This document shows, piece by piece, positions 38,457 through 52,249 of a stretch of DNA of 64,000 nt (position 1 is its first letter; the number at the start of each line of letters is the position of its first letter). The position numbers were made by a program, and so were the translations under genes. The notes under the pieces were generated by a model. It searched no databases and was not told where the DNA came from. It saw nothing but the letters and a program-made list of their open reading frames with translations. Source of the DNA: Spongospora subterranea f. sp. subterranea (Eukaryota); the NCBI GenBank assembly GCA_049724395.1, contig JAUGWO010000080.1:1-64000 (forward strand). The letters run 5' to 3'.

Positions 38457-38699
38457 AGTCGGGCACGATAGCGAGCATCGAGCTTAGAGTTTGGCCTTTG
38501 TTTGGGTAGGTCAGTACAACGCAATAGGACAAGGTCACCTACAGCCAAAGGGGTAAGTGATGAACGTCGACGATCCGCGTATTTTTTTTTAATCCGATAT
38601 TGCGCGACGTCGCTGTTTCCGTAAATAAAACCGGATTCGTTTGATGTAAGCTGCCCGTTCGTCAACCGTTAATACACCAGGACCCTAAATGGTTGTCAG

Positions 38700-40030
38700 G
38701 GCACCGATTTCAACGAGCTTAATGCGTTCTTATGTCATTCATGGGGATGCATTTGCTTTGACCCCGGCCGCCAACCGTAGAGTTTTCGATTTCGTTTGGT
38801 GGAAAACGCATCGCACTAAGGAATGGCTTCAGGATGTGCATGCTGCTGGTTCGCACAGAATTTTCACTTCATCGGATAAACGAGAAGGTTCAGGTTTCCA
38901 GTGGGATTGACGTCTGAATATAGCTAGTGTATTGTTTGGCCTGCGGTTCCAAGTGTTTGCCGAGTCATAGCTGGTTCTTGTGGGCGGCCACCGAATTCAT
39001 ACTCGCGCTCCGACATCGCAGTTGTTCGCGACACCTACGTCGGGGCGCGAGTATGCGGTTGCCGCTAACAAGAACCCATGTTGGAATAGATATTCCGCGA
39101 GGCGGCCAGTTAGACGCGCCAATTCAACGTCGAAACACATCGCCGAGTGGAAGGTGGAGGTGTTCGAGGATCCGTTCGAGGCACATATCGAAGGTGGAGG
39201 ATTCGTTCGAGGCACATATCGAAGGTGGAGGGTTCGTTCGAGGCGCAGTTCAATGTGCCCGGATTACGATCCATATCGTTTTTCCCGCATGTGAGGCAAC
39301 GCATTCAGCAATATGAGATGGACCGAGCGATATCCGAGGACAACATGGAGGCAATGGGCGCGGTGGTCGCAACGTCACCCTCCAAACAATCCGAAATGGT
39401 GGTAATGCGTATATGCTTGGTGTTATTCTATTCAAATATGATGTCAACAGCACATAAACTATTGTTGCCTGGCATGTTTCAAGTTGTGGCAAATATGATG
39501 TCAACAGCACATAAACTATTGTTGCCTGGCATGTTTCAAGTGTTGCAGCCAGTGGACAATCCACGTTAGGACAGAGCATAAAAACCTCCAGCGACAGATG
39601 GACGTAGCAGACGATAAGCAATTTTACAAATTACTGCTGATGCGCGATGTTCCCAACCCGCACTGCATAGAATCCCCCGCCGCCGCTAGCGCCAACCTTA
39701 ATAGGGTGATGACCTCACTATTGGGAGGTTCCATGGGGTTGAGCCTGTATACAACAGGTGACTGTCGCAGGTGATTGGAATGCACAACACGTCATGAAAT
39801 GAAAAATGTTTATAAAATGCGCATTTCCGCGATCGACGCCTCGTTGACCTCACAACCGACATGAGCCACCCATGCGCGGAGGTGTGCAAGACACTTGTTG
39901 ATTGTCTTTGATATACTTTCGGCTCCTTTCCGATAACCTTCGCAGTTGTATTCATGGTCAATGATTTGTTTCTTTTGACCAAGCGTCAGCCTAACCCGCT
40001 TTCCCGCAACCATTGCATCACTGGCCATTT
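38700..40030 (-). mobile_element. Possible highly decayed pogo/Tigger-like transposase
   Basis: KRVRLTLGQKKQII resembles the N-terminal psq-type HTH. The downstream motifs are barely recognisable. Confidence 0.35.
39433..39545. repeat. 57-bp tandem duplication (plus a short repeat of about 30 bp at 39160-39245)
   Basis: caaatatgatgtcaacagcacataaactattgttgcctggcatgtttcaagt occurs twice. Confidence 0.9.
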
Positions 40031-40810
40031 TCAGTGCTTCCCCAATTATCATACGTACCGTATTGTAGATTAGTGTACAGTGTACAATGAGTTTCTATTT
40101 ATAGCTTTTGTTACGGACATTGATACACACTGACTTCCTGCTTTGGTCAGCTCCACCCACAGACCAACACCCACAGACCAACACCCACGGACTAAAACGC
40201 CCAATAATTATTCCCCAAAATAAGTGCGTCGCTATTGTTGTACACAGTAGGAGTAGTATTCAGGGGGTCTCCCTCCCCCACCGCACATGATGACAAATGA
40301 CGACGAGTGCTTGATATAATGTTCGTATTCCTCTTGTCGAGTCAACAATATTTCGTTGTTGGACTCGATTCATAACAAAATACCTCGTACCAACTTCTGT
40401 CCCGGCAAAACCTATCGAGAAGGTGTTGGCCTTTCCCACACGATCAAGTGTGACATGTACTGATCATGTGTGTTGGACTTGATTATATTCCGTCTTTTGT
40501 TGGTCACTAATGGATATCCCAGGTAGAGAGAGAAATGGTATTTTGACTAGCGTTCAACGCCTGGCTGTTTTCACCTTTCTTGTGGCAAGAAACAAGGATC
40601 CTGACGGTTTTCACAAATTGAGGACAGACACATTCCATGCCGCCCCTGCCGCTGCTGCAGTTTTCAAAGTGACCGCGGCAAGTACATCTATCATGAACCG
40701 TACATTGAACCGCTTCAAGATATTTAATAAACTGTACGGTCCGATTTGTGCTATGCTCACTTCAAACAACGGCTTATTTTAGGTTCAGTTGACATCGTTA
40801 AGACTGATTT

Positions 40811-41505
40811 CGTGACAGTTTGTCCGAACCAACATTGTTCCCGTATAACTTTCTCATCTCCCTGTTATCTTCCGTCGTGCTCTTTCTCCCCTTCCCTTTA
40901 TTCATCTCTCTGTTGTCGATCCCCCTCAACTTTCGGTTATCGCGTTCTTCCTGTTATCTCTCGCCTCGTTCTTTCTCTCTCTGTTATCACTCTCCATCGC
41001 GCCGTCCAGCAATACCAAATCTTGATCGCCCGCTCATTCGCTCATTATGACCAACGGGGAAGCTCCTTCAACTCGCCAATCTGCGAAAGCACAATTGAAA
41101 GAGACATTGGCCGAGTTTGCCCGATTTCGGCTAGACACCGAGTCTCGAATCACCAGTCTGCTCAACCAAAATGTGACCCTGATGTAGCAGCAAGTTCCTA
41201 ACAGCCCTCCAACTCTAACGACATCAACGTCCCTTACAGCACAGCGGGTCCCGAAGCTCAAAATGCCAGAGTCTTATGGAGGCAACCGATCTGATTTCCG
41301 GCATTGGTTGAAGCAAGTCAAACAATTTTTGGCTGCACAACCTTTTCGGTTGATTCCCAACGGATTGCCCTGATCTGTTCGTTGTTGACTGGGCAAGCTC
41401 GCGCTTGGGTCACTCCTTATTTCGGTTCTTCGTGTTCAACATGGAACGATCTCGCGGTTTTCCTAACGGCGTTCACCGTCGCTTTTGATGATCCGGATCG
41501 TTCAG
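40811..41505 (+). mobile_element. Family-2 Gypsy LTR/leader and gag fragment
   Basis: GTGACAGTTTGTCCGAACC is shared with about 31028-31046 (minus). MTNGEAPSTRQ...FRLDTESRITSL and LLTGQARAWV...FDDPDR are paralogous to the gag at 30753. Confidence 0.85.
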
Positions 41506-41529
41506 AAAATTTACAATCGCGGCCGTCAA

Positions 41530-42530
41530 TCTTTGGCAGAAGGAAACTTGATTCCCGACCTGAAAGTCGACACGCGGGCAGACCAGGGCGAAAAGGAAGA
41601 GTGGATTGGATGTGGAGGCCATCTCCGCTACCCCGTTGATATTACGTCAGAATATTCGCTCAATGGTACACCACTTGAAAAATTCGAAAACCACACTGCA
41701 TCGCCGTATTAAGGAGCCAGCGATCATAAAGCCACATACTAGCGCTATCAAACCATTTTTAACGAAACAACCCATGTCAATGTTGTGCAGTACTGCATTT
41801 CCCACCTGAACTTCAATTCATTGCCCAATGAGTACTCGTTTGACGCCATTCTTAACACGATTATAAGACATGGTTCTACTTGACAAAAGCGAGCAACCGC
41901 TATTAGTTGGCAGCAGGAGAGGAACCTCCACATCGCACCGCCAAACGCAAGAGCTTTATTACAAAGGTGATGTTCTTGGCGGCGGCGATGAAGACGACTC
42001 GTTTACACAGCGAATATTTGACGGGAACATTGGTATCTGGGCTTTTGCCAAAGCTGAAGTGCGAAGAAGAATAGGCAAAACAAGCCAGCAGGAACAATGG
42101 AGACCCAAAGCAATTACTTCCATTGGAAAAGCAGAGATTTACGAATGTGATGCTATCATAATGCTAAAACCGCATCCTCGGGGAGATGCCCCAATCATAT
42201 CAGCTGCATTGAGGACCCTGACAGGACAAAGGATGTGAAATTCAAATATGCCAACAGCCGGACGTTTAACCTGCGGGAGCTCTGAGTCAGTTTGTCGTTC
42301 GTTTCCCGGTTCAAAATCGTCTGTAAAGTATTTGAATGTGCTGGATCTCGGATTCTTCCTCGCTAGTCAGAGCTTACAACATCAACCGCCTCAGCGCAGG
42401 ATAGACGACCTTGTTTTTGCGACAGAGAAAGCTTTCATGGAACTGCATTGAACAATGTCTTCAACCCTGCGAGGTTGCATGGTTGAAGTAATGACGTGCA
42501 ATGGGGGGAAGGCGTCGCTGATGATAAATA
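41530..42530 (+). mobile_element. Tc1/mariner transposase remnant of the plant/oomycete (DD39D-like) type
   Basis: IKPHTSAIKPFLT, FDGNIGIWAF, LNVLDLGFFLASQSLQH, IDDLVFATEKAF and LNNVF. Confidence 0.8.
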
Positions 42531-43336
42531 ATCAGGTCCTATTCGTTGGATTGCCCAATCGAAGTCGTTAACCAAGCGAACAAATTGATTATTGACTCCG
42601 TGACGAACCCATAAAATAAATTTTCGACAGGTTTTATGGGACAAAGATTAAGTCCGTTTGGATAGGTTTTTTCTGTTGTCGAAATGGAGTATTGTTTTCT
42701 AAGCAATCCATTGCAATGATGGTGGGAATGACGTGAACCGACCTATCGAGTGCTCCGCGGGTAATAGCATTGCGGATCCAGTCGATATTCCAGCAGGGCC
42801 AGTGATGTGAGAGCATGTTCAGTTGGTACACTGTACACAGTGTCCCGTCAGGTCGCCCCTCAACCCTGGCGGGTGACCACCACCCGGCGGGCAGCAATAT
42901 GTCGCCAGTCACGTCAGCGCGTCAAGTCGGTATCTCCGTCGAGGCCCTGGGGTCACATGATAAGTCGGGTACTCTCACAGACTCGGTAGTCTCCACCAAG
43001 TCATCACCACCTCCCCCTCCCGAGCGGGTAGCGCCACCGTCCCTCAATCATCTCCTGGACCCTTATTGCTCAAGTTTAGTCGCTGGTCCCATCCCCCTAA
43101 GTTCATTACGTCGCTTAATTACCCAGATACTGATGCCGGCACAACCCCGTTGCCATTCGCGTTCAACGATTGCTTGATATTGGTAAAACATCATTGGCCC
43201 AAAAACACATATGCCGTCGTTTCTTGAGCCGACGAAAACGGTTTTCCATTTTTTCATTTTCTACCGCGCGTGCCTTTTTACATCGTAATTTAAAGATGAC
43301 TTTAGTTGTGCTGCTATTGTCGTTTCCTCGTTGCCG

Positions 43337-45196
43337 ATGAGCTCAAATACCCATGAGCTATCGGCACAGTGGAGTTTCAGTCAGACTATTGGGGACGATA
43401 ACGGCGATCAGGACAAAGAGCAGGACTATATATCGGCTGTGGCCTTTTCGCCCAACGGCGCTTACGTAGCGGTCGGGAACAGGTCGGGCAAGATCTGGAT
43501 CCACCAGGAACGGCAGGATAAGCAGGTGTGTATTGGTTGGCGACAGCACCCGCTTGGACAGTCCGAATAAGGGGCCTTATAGATTGGTGTCAAGCGCCAC
43601 TATGAACACTACACGTATTTCCAGAGCCATAAACACGATATCGACTATTTAAAGAGCCAGTACATAGCGGAGAAGATCAATATGATTAGATGGTGCCCCA
43701 ATGTGCATAAGTCGCAGATGCTTCTCTCAACCAATGGTATATCTTATATTGTGGCGCAACTATAACGTCAGTTTCCAATGCTATTCATCACAGATAAGAC
43801 AATTAAGCTATGGAAAATGTTTACCCATTTTATGCACAATTCGACCAACTTGCACTCCGGTTTTATCTCGGATATTTCGCAAGTTCGCATCCCTCAGCTA
43901 ACTGATGTTGATTCTGTTCCTGCATGCTCATTGAAATGTTCATTTGCCAACGCTCACATTTACCACATCAACTCGTATGTTTTTGATTTCCCTCGTTTGG
44001 GTCACATGCTCATATTTCAAAATTGTTCTTTCAGGATTTCCCTGTGCACCGATCATGAGACATTCATCAGCAGTGACGACCTTCGCATCAATATGTGGAA
44101 TCTCACTGTGCCAAATATCAGCTTCAATATGGTCGATTTGAGGCCTGACAATATGGATGACCTGACTGAGGTGATCACCTCAGCGCAGTACGTCCAGCAT
44201 ATATCCTCCTTGATCTAGCGTGTTTTCATCGCCTATCTCCGTTTATTAGTTTCCACCCGATTCATTGCCATCAGCTGCTCTTCAGTTCCAGTCGTGGCCT
44301 GATTAGGATAATGGTACAATTGAATCGCACACTCGTCAACATGTTTTAATGTCGGGTTGGGGCAGGACATGAGAGAGAAGGCGCTATTATCGGCCCCTGG
44401 CATATTACTTGAATCAGACACTGACCCGTCAACCAGATCGTTCTTTTCTGAGATCATCTCATCTATATCAGATGCGACCTATAGCCCTGATGGCAGGTAG
44501 GTTCATTTTGTTGAGGTCGCTAATTATGGTGTTCACTCGATTTGTCAGGTTTGTAGCTTCTCGAGATTACCTATCGGTTCGAATATGGGATATTCATTAT
44601 CCTAAGCGGCCCCTTCATGTTCTGCCAGTTCATGACGCTATCAAGTCTTGCTTATCCGAAGTCTACGAGGTGCGTCGAACGTCGTATGAGATCTGGTCAT
44701 CCACCCTCGATTCACGTTCTTTCCAGAACGATTCAATATTCGATAAGTTTGAAATTTGCGCTTCGTCGACGTGTTCCCGAAGGGTAGTGACTGGGTCTTA
44801 CAATAATGAGGCCATCATATATAATTGGGACGACCATTCTGTTGAGAAGATCGCTCCAGTCCCAACAGGTTTTATGTGTTCAAATACTTACCTCATATGG
44901 ATTGAATCGGAATTAACACCTGTTTTTTCTTTCAGTGGATCAGAATCAAGCGTTCTCTTCATTTGAAGTCCAGTCTTATGACTCGACAATGATGAGGCGG
45001 CCGGTACCCTGCCTTCTTGATATGTCGTCCGCGTTGTTTTTCTCATTTCGCTCCTTTTTGTTTTCAGGATCTAGTCCCACAACCTTCCGCGGCCATAGAT
45101 TTCGATCGTAAATGTCTGCATGTTTCATGGCATCCTACTGACGATGTAATTGCCGTTGCATCAAAGACCGATCTGAATATATTCCAAAGGCGTTAG
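43337..45196 (+). CDS. PPP2R2: PP2A regulatory subunit B (B55/PR55, WD40), multi-exon
   Basis: WSFSQ...DYISAVAF; FQSH...DYLKS...EKIN; LLSTNDKTIKLWK; FANAHIYHINS; ETFISSDDLRINMWNL; SFFSEIISSISD; SRDYLSVRIWD; YENDSIFDKFE; DFDRKCLHVSWHP. Introns are GT-AG. Confidence 0.95.
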
Positions 45197-45439
45197 GATT
45201 ATATCAATATCTCCATATTATTATATATCATTTATTAATAAAACTTTGATTTAAATCATATGTTGATGTCCGATTCATCGCCACGACATTCTGTTGAAGT
45301 CATTGGTTGTCACCAGCCAGCCATCTTCCCTCTCTGATGGTGTGCGTCCCGGTCGATCACGTATTTCCATGGAATATCTTCTTAGTCGGCATCATATCCC
45401 CATTCGTCACCATCGACGCACAGTGAAAACCTCATTATC

Positions 45440-48400
45440 ATGACGCTGACGTCCGATCAGATCAACATAATCCGGTCCAACCGCGATCTAGTTAGATTAT
45501 GTCCACAATCATTAGTGGATCGTTTGATTCCTTTGATGCATGTGAAACATGGCGATATAAATGAGGTGATCATTAGCCAAGGAGATCGACATTGCGATTA
45601 TCTGTATATCATTCTGCAAGGATCAGCTGGCGTATATCATAATCCTAATTTTTCTGCAACTCCAGTGTCATCGAAAGTATAACCCCTCTACCGTTTTGGC
45701 TCGGTTTCGTGATCTTAGTTTCGTTGGCGATCAGACGGCAAAAGGATGGGGGCGGGTGAAGCATCAGATGGACCTGAGGCGATATGGTCAACTTGTGTCA
45801 TTATTATCGCGATCTGATCAGCATCCTCCATCTCACGTATTCCTATCCCACTCGTACCCTGCCTCTCAATCCTTGATCTCGTCGTCAACGGATCTGGTTT
45901 ACGTCGCACTATCAATATCGGATTACGAGAATGAAGCAATATTTGATCAGGTAGTGAAAAACTGGCATCAAACGAACAAATGATGGAATGCTGGCCAATA
46001 GGTCTGTATTCATGGTGATCCATCCTTAATGGCATCCTATCAAGTTCTGTGTCGCTCTTCTGATATTGCGTATTCATCATCATCATGTTCGCCATTATTC
46101 GATATGCTCTTTGAACTCGTTCCAATCACTAGATGTGCAACGCAATCGCCTACTCAGCTCTCGTATTTATACAATCATGTGTCATTGAAGGAGCTGCGTA
46201 GCGATGATCCGGTCAATACTAAAGGTGTCGTCATGATTATATTAATGGGATCGGTCATGATAACCGATCATGGCCAGTGTATTAAGGTATCCACTTCATT
46301 CAATTGCTTTAACTCAACATCTCATCTCCTATAGATAATGGGTCCTGGCGCCGTATTGGGGTCATATCCAGGTCAAGTTGGTGACAGTCTATCGCCATCC
46401 TGTAACATAGTGTGCCGCCAAGTAACATCATTATGTAGGTGCCCCCCACCCCCCATTACTGTCAACTGTGTATCACATATCTGTAACATCATGACCCAAT
46501 CATATACGCTATAGACCTCATTGTTACACTGCAGTCTATACACTGACATTTGTCATGTCGTGATTCCGTGTTACATCACACCACTACACCTCGCTTGACT
46601 GCGTTCCGTTGCATCAATCCTCGTTACTGTCAATCACAGTTCTCACTCTCCTCGTTACCGTCAATTACAGTTGTCATTTTCCTCGTTGATGCCTATTATT
46701 ACCGTATCCATCATTACTCCATATCCCAACGTATTGCCATTGTTCATCACACAATCCCTCTTTACTCTGCATATCAATGATCATTTTTTTACAGGTGCTA
46801 TTCCTCTGTCGCTTCTTTCGTATTTTCTGTCATTATCCAGTCCAATATACGACAATACCTCAGTTGCGACATCATTATCGGTTTCCCCAGGCACTCGGTC
46901 CGATGAACAGTGCCTGGCTATCATTGCTTCGTTGCCCAATCTATTCATGCAGCTTGACCATGTGCATGCCATGCGATTATCTAATATGATATATGTTGAG
47001 GAGTTCAAACCCTCTTCTCTTGTATTTTCCCAAGGGGATCCTGCTGACAAGGCATACTGTATTCTAGACGGAACCATAACGGTATATTCTAGAGGGAATC
47101 CTGGGCCCAACACCACCAAGTCTACCGCTCTGCCTCCTCTCATGATGCTATCGTCGTCACAGTATCGCCAGGAACCAGGTAATCCCCATGTGGCAAATCC
47201 AGCATATTTCAGCGTGTTCACCCTCTCAATTCCAGGCAAAGAAATTTTCACAGCGTCCTCTGGAAATGTTATCGGGATGGAGGCATCATCTGGCGCTCGA
47301 TCACCCTATAACTACACTGCTATTGCTCATTCTGCCGCTCATTTGGCCATTGTAAGTTGGTGAATTGGAAAATTCATCATTGGTGTTTGATATTCATTGT
47401 CAGGTTGATCGGAAATCATTTCGAGATGTTATCGAGTTCGCTTCTCAAAGTGACTTAATGTCATCCGATGTGCTGAAGATAATGAAAAAAGCAAAGTCGG
47501 AGCGGACGGATGAAGATCTGAACAGTTATGGTGTGCATTGTATATGCTTCCACTCTTGACAGAATGTGGACACAGCTTTAGTTAGGGCGTTGAAGCTGGT
47601 GAAGCTCTTTACTGATATGACCCGGGATAATCGCTTAAATACGGTCTGCGTGCATAATTAGTTTTCACAACAGGAACAATTTTTCAAATTTTCTTCGCCC
47701 AGATCAGACTGCTTGAACTCAAAGTAGTTCCTCCCTTGTCGTTGATTTTTGAGCAAGGCGATCCGGGAGAAAACTTCTATTTTATAGCCAATGTAAGCAT
47801 CAAAAAACAAATGGCATCGCGACTCATCCGGATTGGCAATTAGGGATCTGTTTCAATTCATAAATCGGATAATGACGCTAACGAAACTAGTAACTCCAGA
47901 GTTAAGCATCGCTTCAGTTTGGCTCAAGTTGGCTATCGTCGTATCAGAAAGCAGAAATGAGATTGGATGCTTACAGGCCAAACAAAGGACAGTTTTAACC
48001 AGGGGAAAGCCAAGTCGCAGGGAGAAGAAGGATACAGAAGAAGAGGATTTGGACGACGATGATGATATTGTGTCATACAACGCGGCTGAACATGCACATG
48101 AGCTATCAGCTTTAGACACGATATGTCAGTAAAGTATTTTGCCATAATTCCAGTTTACTAAGCTATATGGCCAAAGTTCTATTCAACGAGCAACTCGCGC
48201 CGCTTTTCGGTGACTGTGTTAGGACGGCAACTGTCGGCGACACATTTGGGGAGCTGGCGCTGCTTCATGGAGCTCCTAGAGCCGCTACAGTTATCACCAG
48301 AGAATCCACTACATTTTTTATTATCGATAGACGATGCTTTCTCAGGTGCGTCTTTAAATTTGAGCATGCTCTTCGACTAAAGAGTCTTTTGCAGGTCTCA

Positions 48401-49076
48401 ACGCACAGTTGATCCCTATGGCCCAGGATCGCTAGCAACATTCATCAAATCAATCTATGAATTTCAGACCTGCAGACGAAAAGGTACATAGTTAGGAAAT
48501 AGCCCATGATGAAATGTCGATGTAACGGACATGATGGAAGATTTGTTGAGGTTAACACATAGCGGCTGTGATTTGAAGAAATACAAAGAAAGCGAGATAA
48601 TATGTAAGCAGGGTGACGAAGGGGACAATGTGTTCATTATACTAGAAGGAGAGGTGAAATTGACACAAAAGGTAGATTTGCAACACAGAAAATATAATCA
48701 AACCGAGCTCGTTTCCTAATATAGGTCTTTCTGCCGTCGTCGTCAACCTTTTCGACTAACCGTCACCAATCATGCTCAATTGACCTATCATCCATCACTT
48801 CTGGGCAAATTGTTCACCCTGTCTACGGCGACGTGGAAAAGACGCAACATACCACCAGGCAAACTATCTAACAGAATATTCGGCAGTTTGTAACCCAGTG
48901 GTTTTAGGACTTTCTTATCGATCGTCGCCATCCGTCCGACTCGCATAATAAAACTGCCTGTCGCCACATTAACACAGATATGCCCATCTGCAATATCAAG
49001 GCTCAACGCTATGGATCAGTTACGACAACGCCTCCATCAAACACGTATGATGTCTTCATTGCCTATGATTCGATAA
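45440..49076 (+). CDS. Protein with multiple cyclic-nucleotide-binding (CAP_ED) domains, multi-exon; start approximate
   Basis: IISQGD..YLYIILQG; VFSQGDPADKAYCILDG; IFEQGDPGENFYFI...GDTFGELALLHGAPRAATV; ICKQGDEGDNVFIILEG. The last exon is inferred to end at TAA 49074-49076. Confidence 0.85.
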
Positions 49077-49097
49077 ACTGCCAACACTTTATGCATA

Positions 49098-51272
49098 TCA
49101 ATTATCATCATCCAGCAACGATGCTAGTATTTCTAAGCATATACTGTTGATCTGCTCATTATCAGGATATTTATCTTTAAGCTATATAGAAAAAATTGAG
49201 CCATATTGCACAGACCGCACGACACACGAAAATATTACCTCTCCACAGGTATCTTGTAGCTGCAAAGATTGCCCTATACTTTTGCAAGTTGTATCCCGGT
49301 ATATCAACGAACCAAGAACCAAGAGGACCCTTTCAATCACTTTCACTTCTGTGCCAATGATGAAGTGACAACATCTGCATTCCACGTAGAGAGAATAATG
49401 TACCTGACGGATTCTGCAAGGCTTCGCAGCAAACTGATAACAGCTGAATTTTTGCTGAACGGCACTCTTCAGACAAAGATATCTTTGGATTCATCATGGC
49501 AATTGAAAAATTGAGTAGAACAGTTATGTATGCTACTCGGATCGGGGCTAGACAACAATCGGCCACTGAACTTACAAGTTCGTAATCACAGAGAACGATA
49601 ATGTACCTTTATCACTATGTGACAAATCGCATATCGCAGAATGAACATCATCGAATTGGCTGACCAGCATAGCTTTGAGAGGCCCTCGAGAAAACATATT
49701 GCAAACCATACGAAGTGCAGCTGAAATAAACATGAACAAATATGCTGGATCCTGACTACTGTTAATCCTGACCTAACTGGGCTTCAGGCTCTTCACCGCA
49801 GGATTTAAAAATCATCGATATGTTTTCTGACGTCAAAAACGATTGCATCCCAGGATGAACAACCGCAATCCCTATTATAAAAAAATGACATGGCATTTTC
49901 AGAACACTGAGACATCGTTTTACTTAAAAGGTTGATAACTGGAACAAGAAACTTCGGAGTCCACCCCTATTCACGATTCAGTACGGTTTCAAAGAAGGTG
50001 AAGCCGAATCTAGCACTTTCAATATTTTGACAATAAGGTCAATCTGAGATGAATTAATTTTTGATCTGTGGAACGATGTTCTATCAGCAATCGTAGCGAC
50101 AAAAGATTTAACGCAGTCGATTTCATCCGGAGCCAATGAAAGACCACATTCTGCAGAAGAACATCAAAATGTGTTACGTTACTGGAATAGCAATATACCG
50201 GGATCGGCGTTGAACTCCAAGATTTTCTGCGTAATCATATCGAATTTACATTGAAAGTACGTGGCGGATTCGTTTTCACGTAATGGAATATGCTTGTACG
50301 GGGAAGGCCTAGGAATTGGGGGGTCATCCTAAGCATGTCAGCCTGCATGACAGTAGAGTTTGACTGAACAACCTATACCTTTGGTTTCATCGCAGCCACA
50401 AGCCGGTCAACAGTTTGCTCTAATAAGCTTGCATTCGCGCCAGAAAATTCTTCAGCGAAAGAACCATTTTTATAAAAGCTAGACTAAATCAGCGCATACT
50501 TTTGAGGAGTTGCAATAAAATTACTGAAAAGTCGGCATAGATGAAATCTGTTTTTCTTGCGCAATATCGCGGTTCTTATCGACATCTACTTTGAGAAATA
50601 CCGCTTTTCCTGTAACAATTTCAGCAACGCGAACCTTATTGAAGGATGAGAGATTGACCAGCGTATGTTCCAGCAAGCTTATCTACTACTGGGGAGATGT
50701 GCCGACAGGGTCCGCCTGATCAAAATTACTTGATAAGATGAAAACAGACCAATAAGAAACCTTACACCAAGTAGCCGTAAAATCTACTACGACAACAACA
50801 TTTGCACGATTGACCTCTTGGCGAAATTGAGACGCGCTGTGAATAACGATTACGTCGCGGATAATTGGAGAGGAGGAAGTTGAACTTGATTGTGCCCATG
50901 GGTTTGGAATTGGAGAGGGGCTTGCCATAGAGTTTTGGCCTGTTTTTCGAATAAATGTTTCAAGGAGCAGATACGACGGGCATAAACACATACTTGGATC
51001 GATTCCAAGGCTTTGAAATTTTTGCAGGACGTATAGCATGTCTGGATCAGACATATGTTGGGATAGCAAGGATGGATTTTCCAAGCATGACTGAAGTCTA
51101 AACAAAGAGTTGATCTGTTGGCTTCCTCGGAATCCCCGCATGAGCGAATAATCGGGTTTTCTTACTTCTGCACCACATCCGGTTTTGCGAGTATCCTCAT
51201 GATATCTGGATCGGACATGACCGACGATATAATGGAAGGGTCCATATTGCCCAAAAACCTGTTCATATCCAT
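49098..51272 (-). CDS. STI1(DP)-thioredoxin-PUL-like domain protein, multi-exon
   Basis: STI1/DP: VMSDPDIMRILAKPDVVQKLQSCLENPSLLSQHMSDPDML. Thioredoxin: VVVDFTATWC|GPC, FLKVDVDKNRDIA and SSMPTF. PUL-like: YKHIP...ITQKILEFN, IRVAYITVLLNFSI and IERVLLVLGSL. Stop at 49098-49100. Confidence 0.8.
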
Positions 51273-52249
51273 TTTGCAACAGTCGCAACGAACGAATTGT
51301 GATTGTTAACCGTCAATGCGCAACTTGTATTTGAATGAGCCCCCGCAACCAGGAAGAGGAAGGTTACACTTACAGGGCAGGCGTTACAGCGATCAGCAAC
51401 GTGCTGGCGCAGCCCCTAATCTGTAGCTGACCAACACAGACTCAGAGCCGAAGTGAAACAATAATGAATAATTCGACATGAGGGGCCGCGCCCACGGAAA
51501 TCGTCACAGGGTTAACGTTGTCCAGGACGGGACCGCGGAAGGACGGTGGCGCCAACCAACTGGGTGGAACCGTCTGGATGGGCCTGCAAACGGGTTTCCT
51601 GTTCTGCCGTCGGCGGAATGCTGTGCTGGAACCCATGCGGATGGCTTCCGTAATTGCGGCTGTTTGCACGCCGTCAGGTTCCACGTCGTCAGGCCACTTC
51701 AAGGATGCAACAGTCCTATCCTATCGTCAATGACATTTGGCAACAATAGACCATGTTTGTGACGATTTCTGAGAAGTGGCCCTGATGTCGAGTGTAGCTC
51801 AGTAAATTGAGCTTCGGCATCTAAGTCGCTGCTGGGCTTGATAGAGGTGACAGATCGGTTTAAGCGATCTAATCTTGCTTTCCATATTTCCTATAATGTT
51901 GCTGTCGAGTTAGAGACCTTGACAAATCCATCACGGAACGCGTGAGATTTCAAAGCACGGTTTTCGATGACCCAACACATGGAATCCGAGTTCTCTGATC
52001 GGTCGCCTGGTTGATTTTGATATTTCCGAATCATAAACGAAGTGGTTCTACGAAAACCTGCCACAATGAAATGGTTTCAAGTAATGCTCAGCCGAAGCGG
52101 GCGAGAAAGCTTTGCAAAACGACTTCTGCGGATCACTGAAAATTGCAACTCTTCGGCCGTCTTCTGCAGCTACCGACGCTGAGGCATCCATACAGCGTTT
52201 TGTGTATTATGAGTTTTCGGTTTTCCTTCGAACTCTGTCCAATTCTGGT

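Noticed and set aside
42600..43260. Short ORFs upstream of the B55 gene, and ORF 61362-61835
   Set aside because: No recognisable domains; probably intergenic or decayed repeat sequence.
49269..49514. Plus-strand ORFs as a continuation of the cNMP gene
   Set aside because: The region is better explained by minus-strand PUL-domain exons with proper splice sites.
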